From an uncultured Candidatus Saccharibacteria bacterium (GTDB lineage: Bacteria > Patescibacteriota > Minisyncoccia > Phycocordibacterales > UBA9973), in contig CAYOLW010000004.1 of NCBI GenBank assembly GCA_964404925.1, positions 8,894-72,893 on the forward strand: 64,000 nt of DNA, given 5' to 3'. Both the position numbers and the translations under genes were made by a program. The notes below the pieces were generated by a model. That model was not told where the DNA came from. It did not search any database and saw only the letters and a list, made by a program, of their open reading frames with translations. Of this stretch, positions 1 to 10,676 are shown one piece after another. How positions within the stretch are numbered: position 1 is the first letter of the stretch; each line of letters opens with the position of its first letter.

Positions 1-1186
1 TCTCGTGTTTGCATTTGTTGCAGACAAACATGCGCTTTTTCTTATCTTTGGTTGTGTACAATACTAAGGGTGCTTTACATTCGGGGCAGAATATTGGTGT
101 CTCGCAGTGTTTGCACACTGTATACGTGGCTACACCCTTGCGTAGGGTAAAGACAAATACATTCTGGCCCTTATCCAGGGTGTTTTTTATTTTGTCTAAA
201 CTGACAACTGTAATAGGATGCCATTTGCTGTCATTCTCAGTCTTGGCACCCTTCTCAATAACTGAGATTTCTACATCAGTATTAACTCTGTAGGATAGAG
301 ACCTTACTTCACTAAGCATAGATAAATCCTTTCTACCAATTGTTTCAAATCGCAGCAGGGTGTCCGCCATGATTAACTTTGTCTTGATTCTGGTTGCATA
401 AATTTCAACGAATGGACGAAGATCTAGGTTTGATTGAGCTATATTTCTGTATGCACCACTGCCTTCTTGTTCCATAATTATTGCTCGCATGTCATCTCTC
501 TTGATGGCCAGGTAGGGCGCAGTCGCCAACACTAATATGGCATGCTCGCAGGTGTATATATTGCGTATTGTTTCCAGTGCTTTATTTTTAGCTAGTCCTC
601 CGTGTAAGGTGAAAACAAAGTTTTCTATGCCGCGGCCTAGTTCGCTTGCGAGTAAGTTTATCTCATGTTCACGTGGTAGAACTATGAAGATAGATTTATG
701 AGCAGCAAAAGATTCACGAATGAGTGTCTTGTAGTAAGATATTCTTTCGTCTGCACTTGCTTGAAAAAGTAGTTTCTCTGGTTTTAAATTATCGTCTTTC
801 GGGTTTTGTTTTTCTTTAGAATTATCACTGACAATACCCTCGAGCTCATCATAATTTTCTTTGAGCACTGATGGTAATAAATAAGATAAAACTGAATTTT
901 TACTTAAATTAATATAGTCAGCAAACTCTGTAGCCGCCAATAAAAATTCTTCATTTAAAATAGATTTGCCTTTTACAGATTCAATTTTACGTAGGTTAAA
1001 ATCAGCGTTTTTTATCTCAATTTTACTATCCCGAGCATCAGCTGCACTGGTGACAATGCCCAGAAGCTTTTTTTTACGAATTGATACCTCTACGACATCA
1101 TTCACGGCAACTGGCAGAGAAGAAAAATATGTTAGTTCTTCGTCGAAATTGACTTTAGAAAGGGGAATAACCGTAATAACTTTCAT
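1..1186 (-). CDS. priA: PriA-like primosomal protein N' (degenerate helicase motifs), runs off window edge
   Basis: Hand translation from ATG 1186: MKVITVIPLSKVNFDEELTYFS..VEVSIRKKKLLGIV (PriA N-terminal domain) and CKHC..CPEC..CNKC zinc motifs near 1-120; absent from ORF track because it is open at the edge. Confidence 0.8.
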   Translation of the reverse strand, partial: MKVITVIPLSKVNFDEELTYFSSLPVAVNDVVEVSIRKKKLLGIVTSAADARDSKIEIKNADFNLRKIESVKGKSILNEEFLLAATEFADYINLSKNSVLSYLLPSVLKENYDELEGIVSDNSKEKQNPKDDNLKPEKLLFQASADERISYYKTLIRESFAAHKSIFIVLPREHEINLLASELGRGIENFVFTLHGGLAKNKALETIRNIYTCEHAILVLATAPYLAIKRDDMRAIIMEQEGSGAYRNIAQSNLDLRPFVEIYATRIKTKLIMADTLLRFETIGRKDLSMLSEVRSLSYRVNTDVEISVIEKGAKTENDSKWHPITVVSLDKIKNTLDKGQNVFVFTLRKGVATYTVCKHCETPIFCPECKAPLVLYTTKDKKKRMFVCNKCKHE

Positions 1187-1224
1187 GGTTTAATATTAGC
1201 ATACTCTATGCTATATTACCCTTA

Positions 1225-2238
1225 ATGTCCATATTTTCCAGAAAACTAGGTATAGACTTGGGAACTGCCAATACTTTGGTGTATTTGCCTGGTAAGGGGG
1301 TGGTTTTAAACGAGCCTTCGGTAGTAGCTGTATCAGAGCAGGATAACAAGGTTCTGGCCATAGGCATGGAAGCTAAAGAAATGGTAGGCAAGACCCCGGA
1401 CTCAATAATTGCCTACAAACCGATGAAGGATGGGGTGATAGCAGATTACCGTATCACCGAGGCAATGCTCAGATATTTCATAAACAAAGCACTAGGTAAA
1501 TTTAATTTCTGGAAGCCAGATGTGATGGTCTCTGTACCAGCTGGTGTGACCTCTACTCAGCGTCGGGCTGTAGTTGAAGCAGCTATCAAAGCTGGTGCTA
1601 AAAATGCGTATGTGGTCAAGGAGCCTATCTTGGCTGCTATTGGTGCTGGTATACCTATTTATGAATCGAAAGGTCACATGATAGTAGATATTGGTGGAGG
1701 TACCACAGACGTGGCTGTTATATCACTCGGTGGAATAGTGGCCTCAACTTCAGTTAAGTGTGCAGGTAACAAAATAGATGCAGCAATTGCTGACTATATC
1801 AAAAAGACCTTTAACCTGGCTATTGGTGACAGAACTGCTGAAGAAGTAAAAATTAAAATTGGCGCAGCTGTATTACTTGAAGAAGAATTAAGAGTCACAA
1901 TTAAAGGACGGGATTATATTCAAGGATTACCTCGTAGTGCTCAGGTTGGTACTAATGAAATAGTGAAGGCTATAGACAACGAGCTGAAGCAAATAATTAA
2001 AGCTATCAAAGAAGTACTGGCTGAAACTCCACCTGAGCTAGCTTCTGATATTATTGACCACGGCATAATCATGACTGGAGGTTCTTCGTTGTTGCGCAAT
2101 CTACCAGATTTGGTTTACCGCAAGACTGGCGTTAAGGCCCAAGTAGCTGAAGATGCGCTGTATTGCGTGGCTAAAGGCACAGGTATAGCGCTGGAACACT
2201 TAGACACATATAAACGTGCAATTTTAAGTAAAAAATAA
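1225..2238 (+). CDS. mreB: Rod shape-determining protein MreB
   Basis: GIDLGTANT, DIGGGTT, TGGSSLL actin-fold motifs. Confidence 0.97.
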   Translation: MSIFSRKLGIDLGTANTLVYLPGKGVVLNEPSVVAVSEQDNKVLAIGMEAKEMVGKTPDSIIAYKPMKDGVIADYRITEAMLRYFINKALGKFNFWKPDVMVSVPAGVTSTQRRAVVEAAIKAGAKNAYVVKEPILAAIGAGIPIYESKGHMIVDIGGGTTDVAVISLGGIVASTSVKCAGNKIDAAIADYIKKTFNLAIGDRTAEEVKIKIGAAVLLEEELRVTIKGRDYIQGLPRSAQVGTNEIVKAIDNELKQIIKAIKEVLAETPPELASDIIDHGIIMTGGSSLLRNLPDLVYRKTGVKAQVAEDALYCVAKGTGIALEHLDTYKRAILSKK

Positions 2239-2918
2239 TGGACAAATTAAGCAAAGATAATTTGCACCATGCTTATTTACTGCTCGGTAATCGAGAAGAA
2301 ATTTTACCTGCAGTTTTTAATTTTGTTAAAGACATAGGAGAATCTACTACCAATAATCCGGATTTTGTGGTGAGTGATTTTGATGTTTTTAAAATTGAAG
2401 ACGCACGTAACTTTAAAGCACAAACTAGTGAAAAGAAGTTTAGCCAAGGACGTAGAATATTTATTATTTCTGCTAATCAGTTCCTAGTAGAGGCACAGAA
2501 TTCTCTGTTAAAAGTTTTCGAAGAGCCCAAAGAAGATACTCATATTTTTGTAATTAGTCCTAGTATTCAGACATTTTTGCCGACCCTGCTGTCTAGACTT
2601 TATACTATAGAATTAGGCAGTCACTCAAAAACAGACGATCAGACTGCATTAAAATTTATAAAAATGAATTTAACAGATAGAATTAATTTTATTAAAGACC
2701 TGCTAGCTATCGCAAAAGATGAAGAAGGGGATGAATCTCCAAGGACGGTGGCTCAGAACTTTCTAAATAATTTAGAAATAACCTTGCATGCTAACAGGTC
2801 AAAGGCGTCCTTTGACGCTAGTATTTTTGAACATATTTTTAAGGTCAGGGAAAACCTACGCCAACCTGGTGCTGCTCCGAAGATGCTTTTAGAGTCTATT
2901 GCTTTGGTACTTGGATAG
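2238..2918 (+). CDS. holB: DNA polymerase III delta'-like subunit (reduced)
   Basis: HHAYLL, NPDF, EAQNSLLKVFEEP, LLSR motifs; no Walker A or Zn finger. Confidence 0.75.
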   Translation: MDKLSKDNLHHAYLLLGNREEILPAVFNFVKDIGESTTNNPDFVVSDFDVFKIEDARNFKAQTSEKKFSQGRRIFIISANQFLVEAQNSLLKVFEEPKEDTHIFVISPSIQTFLPTLLSRLYTIELGSHSKTDDQTALKFIKMNLTDRINFIKDLLAIAKDEEGDESPRTVAQNFLNNLEITLHANRSKASFDASIFEHIFKVRENLRQPGAAPKMLLESIALVLG

Positions 2919-2938
2919 TATGTGTTAAAATAGCGTTT

Positions 2939-3478
2939 ATGAGTTACAATTTTGCAAATTTCAAAAATGAATTAAAGAAGGTAGAAGACTTTTTATCCAA
3001 GGAATACTCCCAGTTGAACATTGGGCGTGCTTCACCGATCGTTCTAGACTCGGTTATGGTTGAATCATATGGTCAAAAACAACCTGTTAAAAACGTAGCC
3101 AGCGTTGGTATTGAAGATCCTAAGACCCTACGCATCAACCCTTGGGATAAAAACAATATCAAAGAAATAGAAAAGGCGATAATGGCCGCTAATTTAGGCC
3201 TTTCCACAGCCGTAGATGAATCTGGTATTCGGGTTGTTTTTCCACAACTTACGGGTGAAACTCGTCAGAAATTGGTAAAAGTTTTAAAAGATAAACTCGA
3301 AGAATCTCGTATCTCTGTACGCAAGGTCCGTCAAGATCAAATGGATGCATTAGCCGCTGCTGAATTAAACGAGGATGATTTAAAAAGAGGCAAAGACGAG
3401 CTACAAAAACTTGTTGATGAAGCTAACAAAAACTTAGAAGGAATTTTTAGTAAAAAGGAGAGCGAAGTTTTAAATTAA
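2939..3478 (+). CDS. frr: Ribosome recycling factor
   Basis: GRASP, INPWDK, FPQLTGETR, ISVRKVR. Confidence 0.96.
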   Translation: MSYNFANFKNELKKVEDFLSKEYSQLNIGRASPIVLDSVMVESYGQKQPVKNVASVGIEDPKTLRINPWDKNNIKEIEKAIMAANLGLSTAVDESGIRVVFPQLTGETRQKLVKVLKDKLEESRISVRKVRQDQMDALAAAELNEDDLKRGKDELQKLVDEANKNLEGIFSKKESEVLN

Positions 3479-3485
3479 TTATTGC

Positions 3486-4589
3486 ATGAACACCATAATA
3501 TTTATCGTTATTTTGTTGGTATTAGTTTTGGTGCACGAGCTAGGACATTTTGCGACCGCAAAATGGTTCAAGGTTCGCGTTGATGAATTCGGCTTTGGTT
3601 TTCCACCCAAGGCGATGACTTTATTTAAAAGAGGAGAAACAGAATACACTTTAAACTGGCTACCAATAGGCGGCTTTGTAAAAATTTTTGGTGAAGAAGT
3701 TAGTGATGATGCTACAAATGGACCCGAAGCTAGCCGAAGCTTTATTAACAAACCAAAATGGCAACAAGCAATTATCCTGGTGGCTGGTATAGCGGCAAAC
3801 TTCCTACTTGCCTGGCTTTTGTTTTCTGTTAGCTTTATGTCCGGACTGCCTTCGTCTGTACAGGGCGCCCCAGCTAATGCAAAACTTACCAATGTACAGC
3901 TAACAGTCGTATCTGTTTTAAAAGATTCTCCAGCTTACGAAGGCGGGGTAAAAGCAGGTGATCAAATAATAAGCATTCAAAGTGGTAAAGATATTGAATA
4001 TAACTTAAACCCAGAATCGTTAAAGAAATTTATCGTAGCACACGGAGAATCAGAAATTCTTGTTCAATACATGCGCAAGAATTACATAGACCCTGGAACC
4101 CATACAGTAAAACCTGAATTGAATGATGCTGGTGTGCCGAGTATTGGTATAGCTATGGACGAGATAGGTACAATGCGCCTTCCTTTCTTTGGTGCATTTG
4201 TGGCTGGAGCAGAGCTTACTTGGAATGTAACCAAAGGCACTGTGACGGGTTTATATGGGATAATAAAAAGTGCTGTTACCGGAGCTGGCGGAATTAGAGA
4301 TTCCATAACCGGACCTGTTGGTATGGTGAAAGTAGTAGGTGATGCCTCACAATTTGGTTTTGCTTATTTACTGTCCTTTGCTGCTCTTATTTCAGTCAAT
4401 TTAGCGGTCATAAATTTCATACCATTCCCAGCGCTTGATGGAGGTCGCTTACTCTTTGTACTAATAGAAAAAATAAAAGGTTCACGCATTAGCCCAAACG
4501 TAGCCAACGTAGCCAACATGGTTGGATTCTGGTTATTGATATTACTTATGGTTTTCGTTACTTATAACGATATAGCGAAATTAATCTAG
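3486..4589 (+). CDS. rseP: RIP metalloprotease RseP (M50, PDZ)
   Basis: HELGH, PDZ region, NFIPFPALDGG. Confidence 0.95.
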   Translation: MNTIIFIVILLVLVLVHELGHFATAKWFKVRVDEFGFGFPPKAMTLFKRGETEYTLNWLPIGGFVKIFGEEVSDDATNGPEASRSFINKPKWQQAIILVAGIAANFLLAWLLFSVSFMSGLPSSVQGAPANAKLTNVQLTVVSVLKDSPAYEGGVKAGDQIISIQSGKDIEYNLNPESLKKFIVAHGESEILVQYMRKNYIDPGTHTVKPELNDAGVPSIGIAMDEIGTMRLPFFGAFVAGAELTWNVTKGTVTGLYGIIKSAVTGAGGIRDSITGPVGMVKVVGDASQFGFAYLLSFAALISVNLAVINFIPFPALDGGRLLFVLIEKIKGSRISPNVANVANMVGFWLLILLMVFVTYNDIAKLI

Positions 4590-5957
4590 TATAGAAATTT
4601 TTTGTCCTTCTCCGGTATCTTTTACTTCGTACCCCAGAGAGTTAATTTGTTTTCTTATTTCGTCAGACTTTAGGAAGTCTTTATTTTTGCGAGCTTCCTC
4701 ACGAGCGTTTAATAGATTTAAAATTTCTTCCGGTACTTCAACCTCTTTTAAATCAGCAAAACCCAATGATAATACTTTATCAAAATCCAATATTGTTGCT
4801 TTCTTGTCTTGGTTAGGCACGCCTTCATCTTTTATTAAATCCCACAGTAGTGCCAGCGCGCGGGGTGTATCAAGGTCATCCTCCAACCTTTCTTTAAACT
4901 TTTGTTGATATTCTGAGTTGATAACACCCACTGCCTCACCCAGCCCTAAATACAGTGAATTTAAGCGTTTTAAGGCTATGGCAGCGGCTTCTAGAGCTTC
5001 CCAGTTGAAGTTTACCTTTGTCCTGTAGTTTGCCATCAAAAGCCAAAATCGGTAGGCAACAGGGCTTATTTTGCGTTCAGTAACCCTCTCCAGTGTTAGG
5101 AAGTTATCTCCAGATTTAGCCATTTTCTCACCGGCCGTGTCTACGAATTCATTATGTAGCCAAAAATTAACAAAAGGCTTTTTACCTGTGGCGCATTCAG
5201 ACTGAGCGATTTCGTTTGTATGGTGGATAGATATATGATCAATTCCACCAGTATGAATGTCGAACTGTTCGCCCAGGAATTTCATTCCCATAGCTGAACA
5301 TTCAATATGCCAGCCAGGAAAACCTTGGCCCCATTTTGAAGGGTAGCCTATTTTGTTATTGAATTTCCAAAGAGCGAAATCTGCAGGATTGTGTTTTTCT
5401 GAGTTTTCATCAATACGCGCATGTTCTTTGTCAGTTGTTCTTTTGCCGCCCCACAGTGCACCATAGTCGGGCATTTTTTCTGTATCAAAATACACACCAT
5501 CTGTTGTGATATAGGTGAATCCTTTTTCTTCTAGTCTTTCAACTAATTCCGCGTCTTCTGGGACATAATCAGACGCATAGTATTGCCCAGAAGGGAATTT
5601 GATATTTAATTTAGCCAAGTCTTCATTAAAGCGCGCAGTATAGAATTCTGCCAATGTGCGCATATTGGCAAGTGTTAATTCTTTGCCTTCACGCAGAAGT
5701 CCTTTGGTCATTTTGTCTTCGCCAGAATCAGCATCAGAGGCTAGGTGCCCTATATCAGTTATATTCATTACTTGCTTTACCTCATAGCCAGAATATTCTA
5801 AGACCTTTCTTAGGACGTCCGCACAAACATAAGCTCGCAAATTACCAATATGAGCAAAGTTATAAACAGTTGGACCGCAGGTATACATGAGTACCTGACC
5901 TTCATTAATTGTTTTGAAGTTATCTTTTGTTCGAGTTAGGGTGTTATAGATTTTCAT
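4581..5957 (-). CDS. cysS: Cysteinyl-tRNA synthetase
   Basis: CGPTVY, HIGN, PGWHIECSAM, KMAKS. Confidence 0.97.
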   Translation of the reverse strand: MKIYNTLTRTKDNFKTINEGQVLMYTCGPTVYNFAHIGNLRAYVCADVLRKVLEYSGYEVKQVMNITDIGHLASDADSGEDKMTKGLLREGKELTLANMRTLAEFYTARFNEDLAKLNIKFPSGQYYASDYVPEDAELVERLEEKGFTYITTDGVYFDTEKMPDYGALWGGKRTTDKEHARIDENSEKHNPADFALWKFNNKIGYPSKWGQGFPGWHIECSAMGMKFLGEQFDIHTGGIDHISIHHTNEIAQSECATGKKPFVNFWLHNEFVDTAGEKMAKSGDNFLTLERVTERKISPVAYRFWLLMANYRTKVNFNWEALEAAAIALKRLNSLYLGLGEAVGVINSEYQQKFKERLEDDLDTPRALALLWDLIKDEGVPNQDKKATILDFDKVLSLGFADLKEVEVPEEILNLLNAREEARKNKDFLKSDEIRKQINSLGYEVKDTGEGQKISILD

Positions 5958-5959
5958 GT

Positions 5960-6985
5960 CTATTTTGCTGTTTGTTCTGTGCCTTCATACTCATCTCGAT
6001 AGATAGTGATTAAAGCATAAAGAAGGGAAACGATAAGCGGACCAAAAAGGAAACCAACTGGACCCATAAGTACTAAACCGCCTAATACGGAGAATAATAC
6101 TAATATCTGAGGTATTTTAATTTTTGAAGATATAACTATTGGGTTTAATAGATTGTCTACCCAACCAACTATTAAAAATGCCCAAATACCAATACCGATA
6201 GCTTGGGGTACATGTCCAGTAGCTACTAGGAAAATAACAGAAGGGATGGAAACAAGCGCTGTACCAACCGTAGGCAATAGGGATCCTATACCAGCCACTA
6301 CTCCCCAAAGTGCAGCAGAGGGTACTCCAGCCACTGCTAGGCCTATGCCCATAAGCGTTCCTTGTATTACTGCGATAAGCAAATAGCCTTTCACAATACC
6401 GTTGATTGATTGTGTAAGCCTGTTTAATATTTTGCTATCGTCTTTATCAGATAGAGGGCTTATTAAAATTAATTCTTTTTTCCAATTGGCACCATCTTTT
6501 AAGAAGAAGAACAAGGATACTAGCGTTAAGAAAAATCCAAATAAGGTTGTAAGGGTGGAGGTAAATATAGCAGCAATATTCTGAGTCATAAAAACAATAA
6601 ATTCAGAAATTTTATCGTCTAGATTCAATGCTATTCCTTGAGGTAATAAACCATTTATGCTTGCTTCAAGCTTTTGGAGTATTGGGCCGGCGCCACCGTT
6701 TTGGACTATTGAATAGTATAAATCTTGAGTTTGGTTAAAAGCCAAAACGCCCAATCCAAATAAAGGTCCACATATAATAAGGATGAAAAAGAACACAGTT
6801 AATAGAGCTGCCAATCCACCTGGCATTTTTTTCTTGAGTTTACTGTTTATTGGGGATAAAACCACTGCAAAAGCAGCCGAAATAATGATAATCGGCAAAA
6901 AGGGACGGAATACCATGAAAGACAGGAACAATGTTATAAGTAATAGTCCAAAAAAGAAGTAACGCTCAATAATCTTTGTTTGCAT
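5960..6985 (-). CDS. AI-2E family (PurR-regulated permease-like) membrane transporter
   Basis: Multi-TM, DNLLNP and FGP motifs; start moved to MQTKIIER (6985) to avoid rplU overlap. Confidence 0.85.
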   Translation of the reverse strand: MQTKIIERYFFFGLLLITLFLSFMVFRPFLPIIIISAAFAVVLSPINSKLKKKMPGGLAALLTVFFFILIICGPLFGLGVLAFNQTQDLYYSIVQNGGAGPILQKLEASINGLLPQGIALNLDDKISEFIVFMTQNIAAIFTSTLTTLFGFFLTLVSLFFFLKDGANWKKELILISPLSDKDDSKILNRLTQSINGIVKGYLLIAVIQGTLMGIGLAVAGVPSAALWGVVAGIGSLLPTVGTALVSIPSVIFLVATGHVPQAIGIGIWAFLIVGWVDNLLNPIVISSKIKIPQILVLFSVLGGLVLMGPVGFLFGPLIVSLLYALITIYRDEYEGTEQTAK

Positions 6986-7043
6986 AGGGAAATTATAGCA
7001 CCCGCACTTGCATTTTTGCAAAACATGGTATAGAATAGAACCC

Positions 7044-7361
7044 ATGGAATTTGCAGTAATACAAACAGGGGGCAAGCAATACAAGGTTGAAAAAGGCACA
7101 GTTTTGTCTATAGAAAAACTCGTTGGAAAATACGAGAAAGGGGACAAGGTCTCTTTTGATAAAGTTTTGCTTGTAGACAACGGATCTGACACAACTATTG
7201 GCACACCATATATCACTGGAGCCAAAGTTGATGGAGAAATAACTGAAATCGGACGTGGAAGCAAAGTGCTAGTTATGAAATACAAACAGAAATCCAGATA
7301 CCTACGCAGAAACGGTCACCGACAACCATACTTCAAGATCAAGATAACTTCAATTAAATAA
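7044..7361 (+). CDS. rplU: 50S ribosomal protein L21
   Basis: FAVIQTGGKQYKV, GHRQPY; start set at ATG 7044. Confidence 0.97.
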   Translation: MEFAVIQTGGKQYKVEKGTVLSIEKLVGKYEKGDKVSFDKVLLVDNGSDTTIGTPYITGAKVDGEITEIGRGSKVLVMKYKQKSRYLRRNGHRQPYFKIKITSIK

Positions 7362-7365
7362 TTAA

Positions 7366-7399
7366 AAAAACCCCGTCGCTCGCGAGCGACGGGGTTTTT
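7366..7399. terminator. Bidirectional intrinsic terminator (perfect 34-bp palindrome)
   Basis: AAAAACCCCGTCGCTCGCGAGCGACGGGGTTTTT between convergent rplU and recR. Confidence 0.9.
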
Positions 7400-7410
7400 C
7401 GTTGAAGACT

Positions 7411-8022
7411 CTAGCTTCTGTTTTTCAAAGCATTTTTCAGAGTATCGTTATCTGAATATTCTAATTCCGTACCAGTTGAAAGCCCTCGTCCTAGAGACGA
7501 AATTTTAATATTTTTATTTTTTATAATATTTTGTAATTCATTGCGAACATAGAAATCTGTATGGTCTCCTTGGGGAGAAATAGAAAAGGCAAGTATGACT
7601 TCTTTTAAATCTTTTTCTTGTTGTATGCGTTTAGATAGTTCATCAATACGAACCCTGGATTTAGTACTTTTTTCTACTATTGGCACCAATCCTCCTAAGA
7701 TAAAATATTTACCATTGTAGACTCGACTCTTCTCAATACTTTCTAAGTCAGAGTCTTTTTCTATTACTATGAGCATGCTGCTGTCTGTGTTAACGGAGCT
7801 GCAATTGTGGCATAAACTATCTATGTGTCCGTCGTCTACGTAGTATCTAAAGCATTCTTTGCATTGATTTATTTCCTTCTTTAGTTGAGAAACTAGGTTA
7901 GATAGGTTGTTAGCATATTCACCATTTCGAGACATCAAAAAGTAGACAAAACGGCGTGCTTGTCTTTCGCCAATACCTGGAAATTCTTTGAAAACCTCAG
8001 TTAATTTATCAACTATATCCAT
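7411..8022 (-). CDS. recR: Recombination mediator RecR
   Basis: PGIGERQA HhH, CKEC..CHNC, Toprim, GTELEYSD. Confidence 0.93.
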   Translation of the reverse strand: MDIVDKLTEVFKEFPGIGERQARRFVYFLMSRNGEYANNLSNLVSQLKKEINQCKECFRYYVDDGHIDSLCHNCSSVNTDSSMLIVIEKDSDLESIEKSRVYNGKYFILGGLVPIVEKSTKSRVRIDELSKRIQQEKDLKEVILAFSISPQGDHTDFYVRNELQNIIKNKNIKISSLGRGLSTGTELEYSDNDTLKNALKNRS

Positions 8023-8023
8023 A

Positions 8024-9469
8024 TTAGAAGTCTTCTAATCCGCCGCTGCCTTCGGGAACTTTAGCGGAAAAGTCACTAAGGCTGCTTTTCTCGAGAGATA
8101 GGAATGTGGTCGTCTTTTCATCAAAGAATAGGTCAACCTTTCCCACGGGTCCATTTCGGTGTTTTTCAATTAATATTTCAGCGATGTTGGTGCGCTCGGA
8201 TTCATCTTTACCTTTATCTTCACGGTGGATAAACATAACCACGTCTGCATCCTGCTCGATAGATCCAGAGTCTCGGAGGTCAGACAGGCGAGGCTTGCCA
8301 CCACGAGATTCAACTGCACGAGAAAGCTGTGACAGAGCAATAACAGGCACGTCTAACTCTTTGGCTAATGCCTTGAGCGATCGGGAAATCTCAGTAACTT
8401 GGTTCACCATGGAATCATGTGCCTTGCTGGTGGTCATAAGCTGCAAGTAGTCAACAACAATCATATCTAGACCCTTTTCAGATTTAATACGTCGGGCTAG
8501 AGACTTCATGCGTACTATGGAGTTGCCAGCTTGGTCATCGATGTATATCTTTGCTTTAGCGAGCTTGTCGAGTGAATCACGCAGGTGAGTGAATTCTCGA
8601 TCTGACGAAAGTCTTCCGGTGCGTAGATTCCAAGCATTCACTCGGGATTCTGCAGAGAGCATACGGTCTACTAATTGTTGGGAAGACATTTCAAGTGAGA
8701 ATATCAAGATTGATTTATCATGATTCGTGGCAGACATACGGGCCATATCAAGGGCGAGAGTTGTCTTACCCATAGAAGGTCGGGCTGCTAGAATGATTAA
8801 ATCAGAATTTTGAAATCCAGATAACATATTATCCAAATCTCGGAATCCAGTAGACACGCCCCGCAATTCTCCTTTTCTTTCATGTAGTTTTTCTAAACGT
8901 TCCCATGCTTCAGGAAGAGAGTCTTTTAGACTTATGAATTTTTGACTTTTTGGAGATGATACAACAGAAAAGATTTTTTTCTCTGCTAGGTCGAGTATAT
9001 CGTCCATATGATCGTCTCCTTCGTTCATTGCTATTTCAGATACATAATCTGCCGCATCAATTAAACTACGTAGAACAAACTTTTTCTGTACTATGTAGGC
9101 ATAGTGTTTAGCATTAGTAGAAGATGGAACAGTATTTACTATATCAGCCAAATATTTGTTGCCACCTACTAGATCTAGACGTTTTTGGTCTTTTAATTTA
9201 GTAGACAGAGAAAGCATATCAATCGGTTCGTTTTGCATGGCCAGGTCCAGCATGGCTTGGAATATCATTTTATGTTTTTCAGCATAAAATGAATCAGGCG
9301 AAAGAATATCTTCAACTTCTTGCATTGCGTCTTTGCGAAGCATGATGGAACCAAGTACTGCCATCTCAGATTCTAAGCTTTGAGGAGGAATCCTGATTTT
9401 GTTCTTTGGAGTGTTGGATTGGTGAGAATCGTATTTTTTGTAATTTTCTTTTTTATAATTTTCGGACAT
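8024..9469 (-). CDS. dnaB: Replicative DNA helicase DnaB
   Basis: ARPSMGKT, DYLQLM, SQLSR, LRDSGSIEQDAD, KHRNGP. Confidence 0.98.
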   Translation of the reverse strand: MSENYKKENYKKYDSHQSNTPKNKIRIPPQSLESEMAVLGSIMLRKDAMQEVEDILSPDSFYAEKHKMIFQAMLDLAMQNEPIDMLSLSTKLKDQKRLDLVGGNKYLADIVNTVPSSTNAKHYAYIVQKKFVLRSLIDAADYVSEIAMNEGDDHMDDILDLAEKKIFSVVSSPKSQKFISLKDSLPEAWERLEKLHERKGELRGVSTGFRDLDNMLSGFQNSDLIILAARPSMGKTTLALDMARMSATNHDKSILIFSLEMSSQQLVDRMLSAESRVNAWNLRTGRLSSDREFTHLRDSLDKLAKAKIYIDDQAGNSIVRMKSLARRIKSEKGLDMIVVDYLQLMTTSKAHDSMVNQVTEISRSLKALAKELDVPVIALSQLSRAVESRGGKPRLSDLRDSGSIEQDADVVMFIHREDKGKDESERTNIAEILIEKHRNGPVGKVDLFFDEKTTTFLSLEKSSLSDFSAKVPEGSGGLEDF

Positions 9470-9559
9470 GAGGTAATTTTAACATATATGTAAAACTCAC
9501 CAAGTAAGGTAAAAGAATAAACCTGTGACTTCCATGTGGATTCGTGATATTATCTATAC

Positions 9560-10507
9560 ATGACAAGGAAAATAATGCTTTCAGGAGTCAAACCAACCGG
9601 CGCACCACACATTGGTAACTATTTTGGCGCTATGCGTCAGTTCGTAGAAATGCAAAAAGATTTTGAATCTTATGTGATGATTGCTGATTATCACGCGCTA
9701 AATTTTATTCAGAACAAGGAAGAAATGCATGATAATATCATTGGCGTTTTACTTGATTATTTGGCTATCGGACTTGATCCTAAGAACGTTACAATTTTTA
9801 AACAAAGTGATATATCTGAACATACAGAATTAGCTTGGATTTTTGATACACTTGTCACCATGCCGTACTTGATGCGGGCTCATGCTTTTAAAGATGCTGA
9901 GGCAAAAAACAAAGAAATAAATGTTGGCACTTTTAATTACCCAGTGCTGATGGCAGCAGATATATTACTTTATGATGCAGATGTAGTGCCTGTGGGTAAA
10001 GACCAACAGCAACATGTAGAAATAGCTCGTGACCTAGCGCAAAAATTTAATAACACTTTCGGTGATACATTTAAAATGCCAGTACACAAAATAGTTGAAG
10101 ATGTAGCCACCGTACCTGGCACTGATGGGCAGAAAATGTCCAAGAGTTATAAAAATACCATACCGCTTTTTGCAGAATATGAAGAAATAAAAAAATGTGT
10201 AATGAGTATTGTGACTGATTCAGGAGGGGATGTGCCACAGAATGTTTATGCTATTCATAAACTCCTTAGAAGCGAAGAAGAATTGAAAGCAATTTATGAA
10301 GAGCACAAAGGCAAGTACAAAATCTTAAAAGAAATATTAATTGAAGATTTAGAAAAATTCATTGCCCCTATGCGTGAACGCAGAAAAGAACTGGCTAGTG
10401 ATTTGTTTAAGGCTATTAAGATATTGGAGGAAGGTAGCGCAAAAGCTAAATCCAAAGCAAGTATTAAAATGAAACAAATTAAAGATAATTTAGGAGTTAA
10501 TATATAA
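9560..10507 (+). CDS. trpS: Tryptophanyl-tRNA synthetase
   Basis: PHIGN, YPVLMAADIL, VGKDQQQH, KMSKS. Confidence 0.97.
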   Translation: MTRKIMLSGVKPTGAPHIGNYFGAMRQFVEMQKDFESYVMIADYHALNFIQNKEEMHDNIIGVLLDYLAIGLDPKNVTIFKQSDISEHTELAWIFDTLVTMPYLMRAHAFKDAEAKNKEINVGTFNYPVLMAADILLYDADVVPVGKDQQQHVEIARDLAQKFNNTFGDTFKMPVHKIVEDVATVPGTDGQKMSKSYKNTIPLFAEYEEIKKCVMSIVTDSGGDVPQNVYAIHKLLRSEEELKAIYEEHKGKYKILKEILIEDLEKFIAPMRERRKELASDLFKAIKILEEGSAKAKSKASIKMKQIKDNLGVNI

Positions 10508-10511
10508 AAAT

Positions 10512-10658
10512 ATGTGGCTTGCAATCGTCGTAATTTTCTTTGGTTTACCGGCTTTCTTTTTACAAGTACTAGATAAAAAAGAAAAATGGTACTGGGTGGA
10601 GAATATACTCATAACCCTCATTATCGTTTCGGCTATATACTATTTGACGCAAATGTAA
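10512..10658 (+). CDS. Small two-helix membrane protein (48 aa)
   Basis: Hand translation MWLAIVVIFFGLPAFFLQVLDKKEKWYWVENILITLIIVSAIYYLTQM*, starts just after the trpS stop. Confidence 0.6.
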   Translation: MWLAIVVIFFGLPAFFLQVLDKKEKWYWVENILITLIIVSAIYYLTQM

Positions 10659-10676
10659 TAGCCTGTGTAAAAATCC

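Noticed and set aside
4495-4520. Short tandem repeat GCCAACGTA in rseP
   Set aside because: Reflects NVANVAN codons; only about 2.5 copies
6986-7285. N-terminal extension of the 441-aa AI-2E ORF
   Set aside because: It is the antisense of rplU; the real start is more likely ATG 6985
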